Shown here in pieces: positions 57,445-64,000 of a DNA stretch of 64,000 nt. The notes beneath the pieces were generated by a model that worked only from the letters and a program-made list of their open reading frames with translations, did not search any database and was not told the origin of the DNA. Numbering within the stretch: the stretch's first letter is position 1; the number at the start of each line of letters is the position of its first letter. A program made the translations under genes and the position numbers. This DNA is from Amoebidium appalachense (taxonomy: Eukaryota; Protista; Ichthyosporea), in NCBI GenBank assembly GCA_963693365.1, contig CAVNZM010000008.1:3935572-3999571 (forward strand), written 5' to 3'.

Positions 57445-58388
57445 TGTATGTGTGTGTGAATGGGCGAGGGGAGGGGTGAGGAGCGTTAGGAGGAGTCTCA
57501 GTAAGTGTATGTGAACTAACGGTACACATTCATGACTGATCATGACAAGACACACAAATCAGGTTTTTTTTTGTTTTTTTTTTGTTTGTGTGTGTGTTGG
57601 GGGGGGGGGGGGGAGGGGGGGGGGAGGAGAAGGGTGTGTGTGGATGGGTCTAAAAAGAGCTTCGGGGGGAAAGAGGAAGTGTGTGTGTCTCCCTCCGCAT
57701 GTGAATGTATCCGGGGAGAGCAGGAAGTCGGGTGCTTGTGCCCTCCATGCACGAGTGTTTGTGACAACGTGCAAGCCGGATAGGAGCACAGGGAGACGTG
57801 CAAGCACATGCGGGCAAAAAACGAAAACAAGAAAACGACAACAGTGGATATAGAGAACAAGTGAGAGGAAGCGTTTTTGTGTAAGAGAGGAAAGCGAGAA
57901 AGAGAGACGAGCGTGTGTGTGCAAGTGACTGACGTTTTGTGAAGACAGTATGTGCAGGCGCAGGCATGCATACAACCCTTATTAAGGTATTCTAAACTCG
58001 GGTAAAATATGGCAGTCTTGACGCTTCAAACGCTCCCCTACGCCGGCACTCCTATGCCATATGTCTCTGCCTGCCGTACATGATATTTTCACGTGCACCT
58101 TGCCTGCCTACGACTGAAAAACGTGTCGCCTGCATAGGGCTTGTACCTACCAGGTTATTCTCGTATCTACTTTAACTTAACAAAGATCGCCGGAAGAGTG
58201 CACCACAGTCACCAGTCTGCTGATTGGAAAAACCCCCTTCACCATGGACATGGCCTGTCACAAAGTCTAGAACATACTCCCGTACGTGCCCGGCTGAAGC
58301 TGAGCCCCAATGGCTCCCACTCACACGCACACATGGGCTCGCACACATGTACATGCCCGATGCAGTGGAAGCGATGGTTCGCACTGCC

Positions 58389-58420
<32 letters not shown>

Positions 58421-58508
58421 ATAAAAAAAATAAATAAATAAATAAAGAAATAAATGAATAAAAATAAATAAATAATAATACAAAACTTGAATAAAAATAA
58501 AAATATAT

Positions 58509-58555
<47 letters not shown>

Positions 58556-59888
58556 GCGCGCGCACAAACATTGAATCAACACGTGCACACGCAATGATGC
58601 CGGCACTGCGCGCACACACATATTCCGACGTCCGACTGCACCCAGGCACGCACGCAGGAAGGAAGGCACGCAGGCAGGCGCGCACACCGTGACACGCACA
58701 CACGAACCCCCCCGCACTCGCTAGCTCGTTCACTCACTCAGAGTCAGTTAATACATTCACACGTGCAAACACTTGCATGCACATACTGTACACACGATCG
58801 CAAGCACACCTGCCGGAGGTCGGCACCAACGGATTTAGAGCGGAGAGAAGGGGAAGAGGAGGAGTAGAAAAGAGAGTTTGGAGGTGGTAGGAGGGGCAAG
58901 GAGCGGGGAAACCTTAGCTGCTGTTGCTGGCTCGACAGCTGCCGTGCTCCTAGAAGCTATGTCAACACAGAGATCTGAAACAAGCATTAAGATCCGGACC
59001 CATGGACCAGATTGTATGTAGAAGAGAGAGGGGCCATGCAATCATTCAGATGAACCAAACTAAGACAAAGTAACACAACAGTAAGCTTCTACCCCATGCG
59101 TGGATCGGCTTAATCTGTTGCTGCAGATTGACCATGGGTTCCAATGATGTGAGGACTCAACATAGTTGAAGGATGTTCTCAGTTCAACGATGTCCGTAGA
59201 GTTCACGCAGCACACGCGTTTCTTCACTCTGCGCTGTGAAGAAAACGCATGGTGCCTCGGGCCAACCCAAACTCACAATACAACTGCCTGACCAAACCAG
59301 TCCCATCGTTCCGCCTACAGCTGAGTTTTCTGGGACATGGCCCCTTCAGAGTCCCGCTCCGCCGGATCCCCCTTTCGCCCGGCGGCCGCGCGATGTTGAT
59401 GAACAGCTGTTCTGTTGCATGCTTCGAAGATGATGTGATTGGAGCTTAGAGCACCATTTTGCCCAAATTTGGTTATACTTTAATTCTGTTTTTGTTGTTG
59501 ATTGGTCACTGTTTGTTCATTTGTTTTCGGCATGTGGCCTACATAATGTTATGTATTTGTATTGCAAGTGTAGTTGGTCTAATACAGTTCTATGTAAAGC
59601 TTGTCGTTATTTCTAGTTTTATAAAACCCAGGCATTGATTTTATTTTTTCACACATAAATACATAGCAAAGCACTTTCATTGGTTTGTGTCATTCGTACA
59701 GTCCTTGGATCTTGGCTCTGGGCAAGTTTGTGCTGACCAATCAATTCGCTTCCATGCATGGTGTTACGTCATAGCGGCAACTACAAAAAGAAACGAAGAC
59801 TTGATATTCACGTTCATACCGTCATCACAAAACGCCACACGTACACACACACGTTTACACAAGCACAACTATTAGTTTCCAACTTGGA

Positions 59889-63750
<3,862 letters not shown>

Positions 63751-63962
63751 CGCGCGCACGTGGGTATGCACCTGTGTGTGTGCGTGTGTTGTGCTTGGTT
63801 ACATATGATTGCATGTGCGTGTGTGTGTGAGGTTGAGTAAAAGTTCGTGTGTGTGTTCAGATGTGAGCGTGTCCATGCACGTGTATGTGTGGTTGTGTGT
63901 CTGGAGCTTGTGCATGTGTGTGATTTTTAGCGGCACAGACAGATGCGTTTTCTCCTATCTCC

Positions 63963-63993
<31 letters not shown>

Positions 63994-64000
63994 AAAAAAA

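Overview
Eukaryotic genomic DNA saturated with (CA)n/(TG)n, (GA)n/(CT)n and poly-C/poly-G tracts; nearly all ORF-track entries are microsatellite artefacts. The proteins look opisthokont, possibly a unicellular holozoan (inference only). By hand I reconstructed GT-AG spliced models with consistent phases for five genes: a 5'-truncated nucleotide-diphospho-sugar transferase (+), a lactate 2-monooxygenase-like FMN alpha-hydroxy acid oxidase (-), AGXT2 (-), PRP38 (-, 11 exons) and a 3'-truncated ABHD4/5-like hydrolase (+). There are also two intronless genes (an unknown membrane protein and SUA5), a frameshifted C2H2 zinc-finger pseudogene and a possible decayed Mutator remnant. The main observation is two related families of roughly 440-480 bp non-coding repeats. 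They abut poly-C tracts, lie sense to the host gene when intronic, and share a covarying RNA structure. That structure contains the hammerhead ribozyme core (CUGANGA, GAAAC, GUH) with the strands in a non-canonical order, suggesting a retrozyme-like mobile RNA. Second, about half of the 3' splice sites have a (CA)n or CA-rich tract instead of a polypyrimidine tract. All of this comes from reading the sequence; no searches or folding programs were run.
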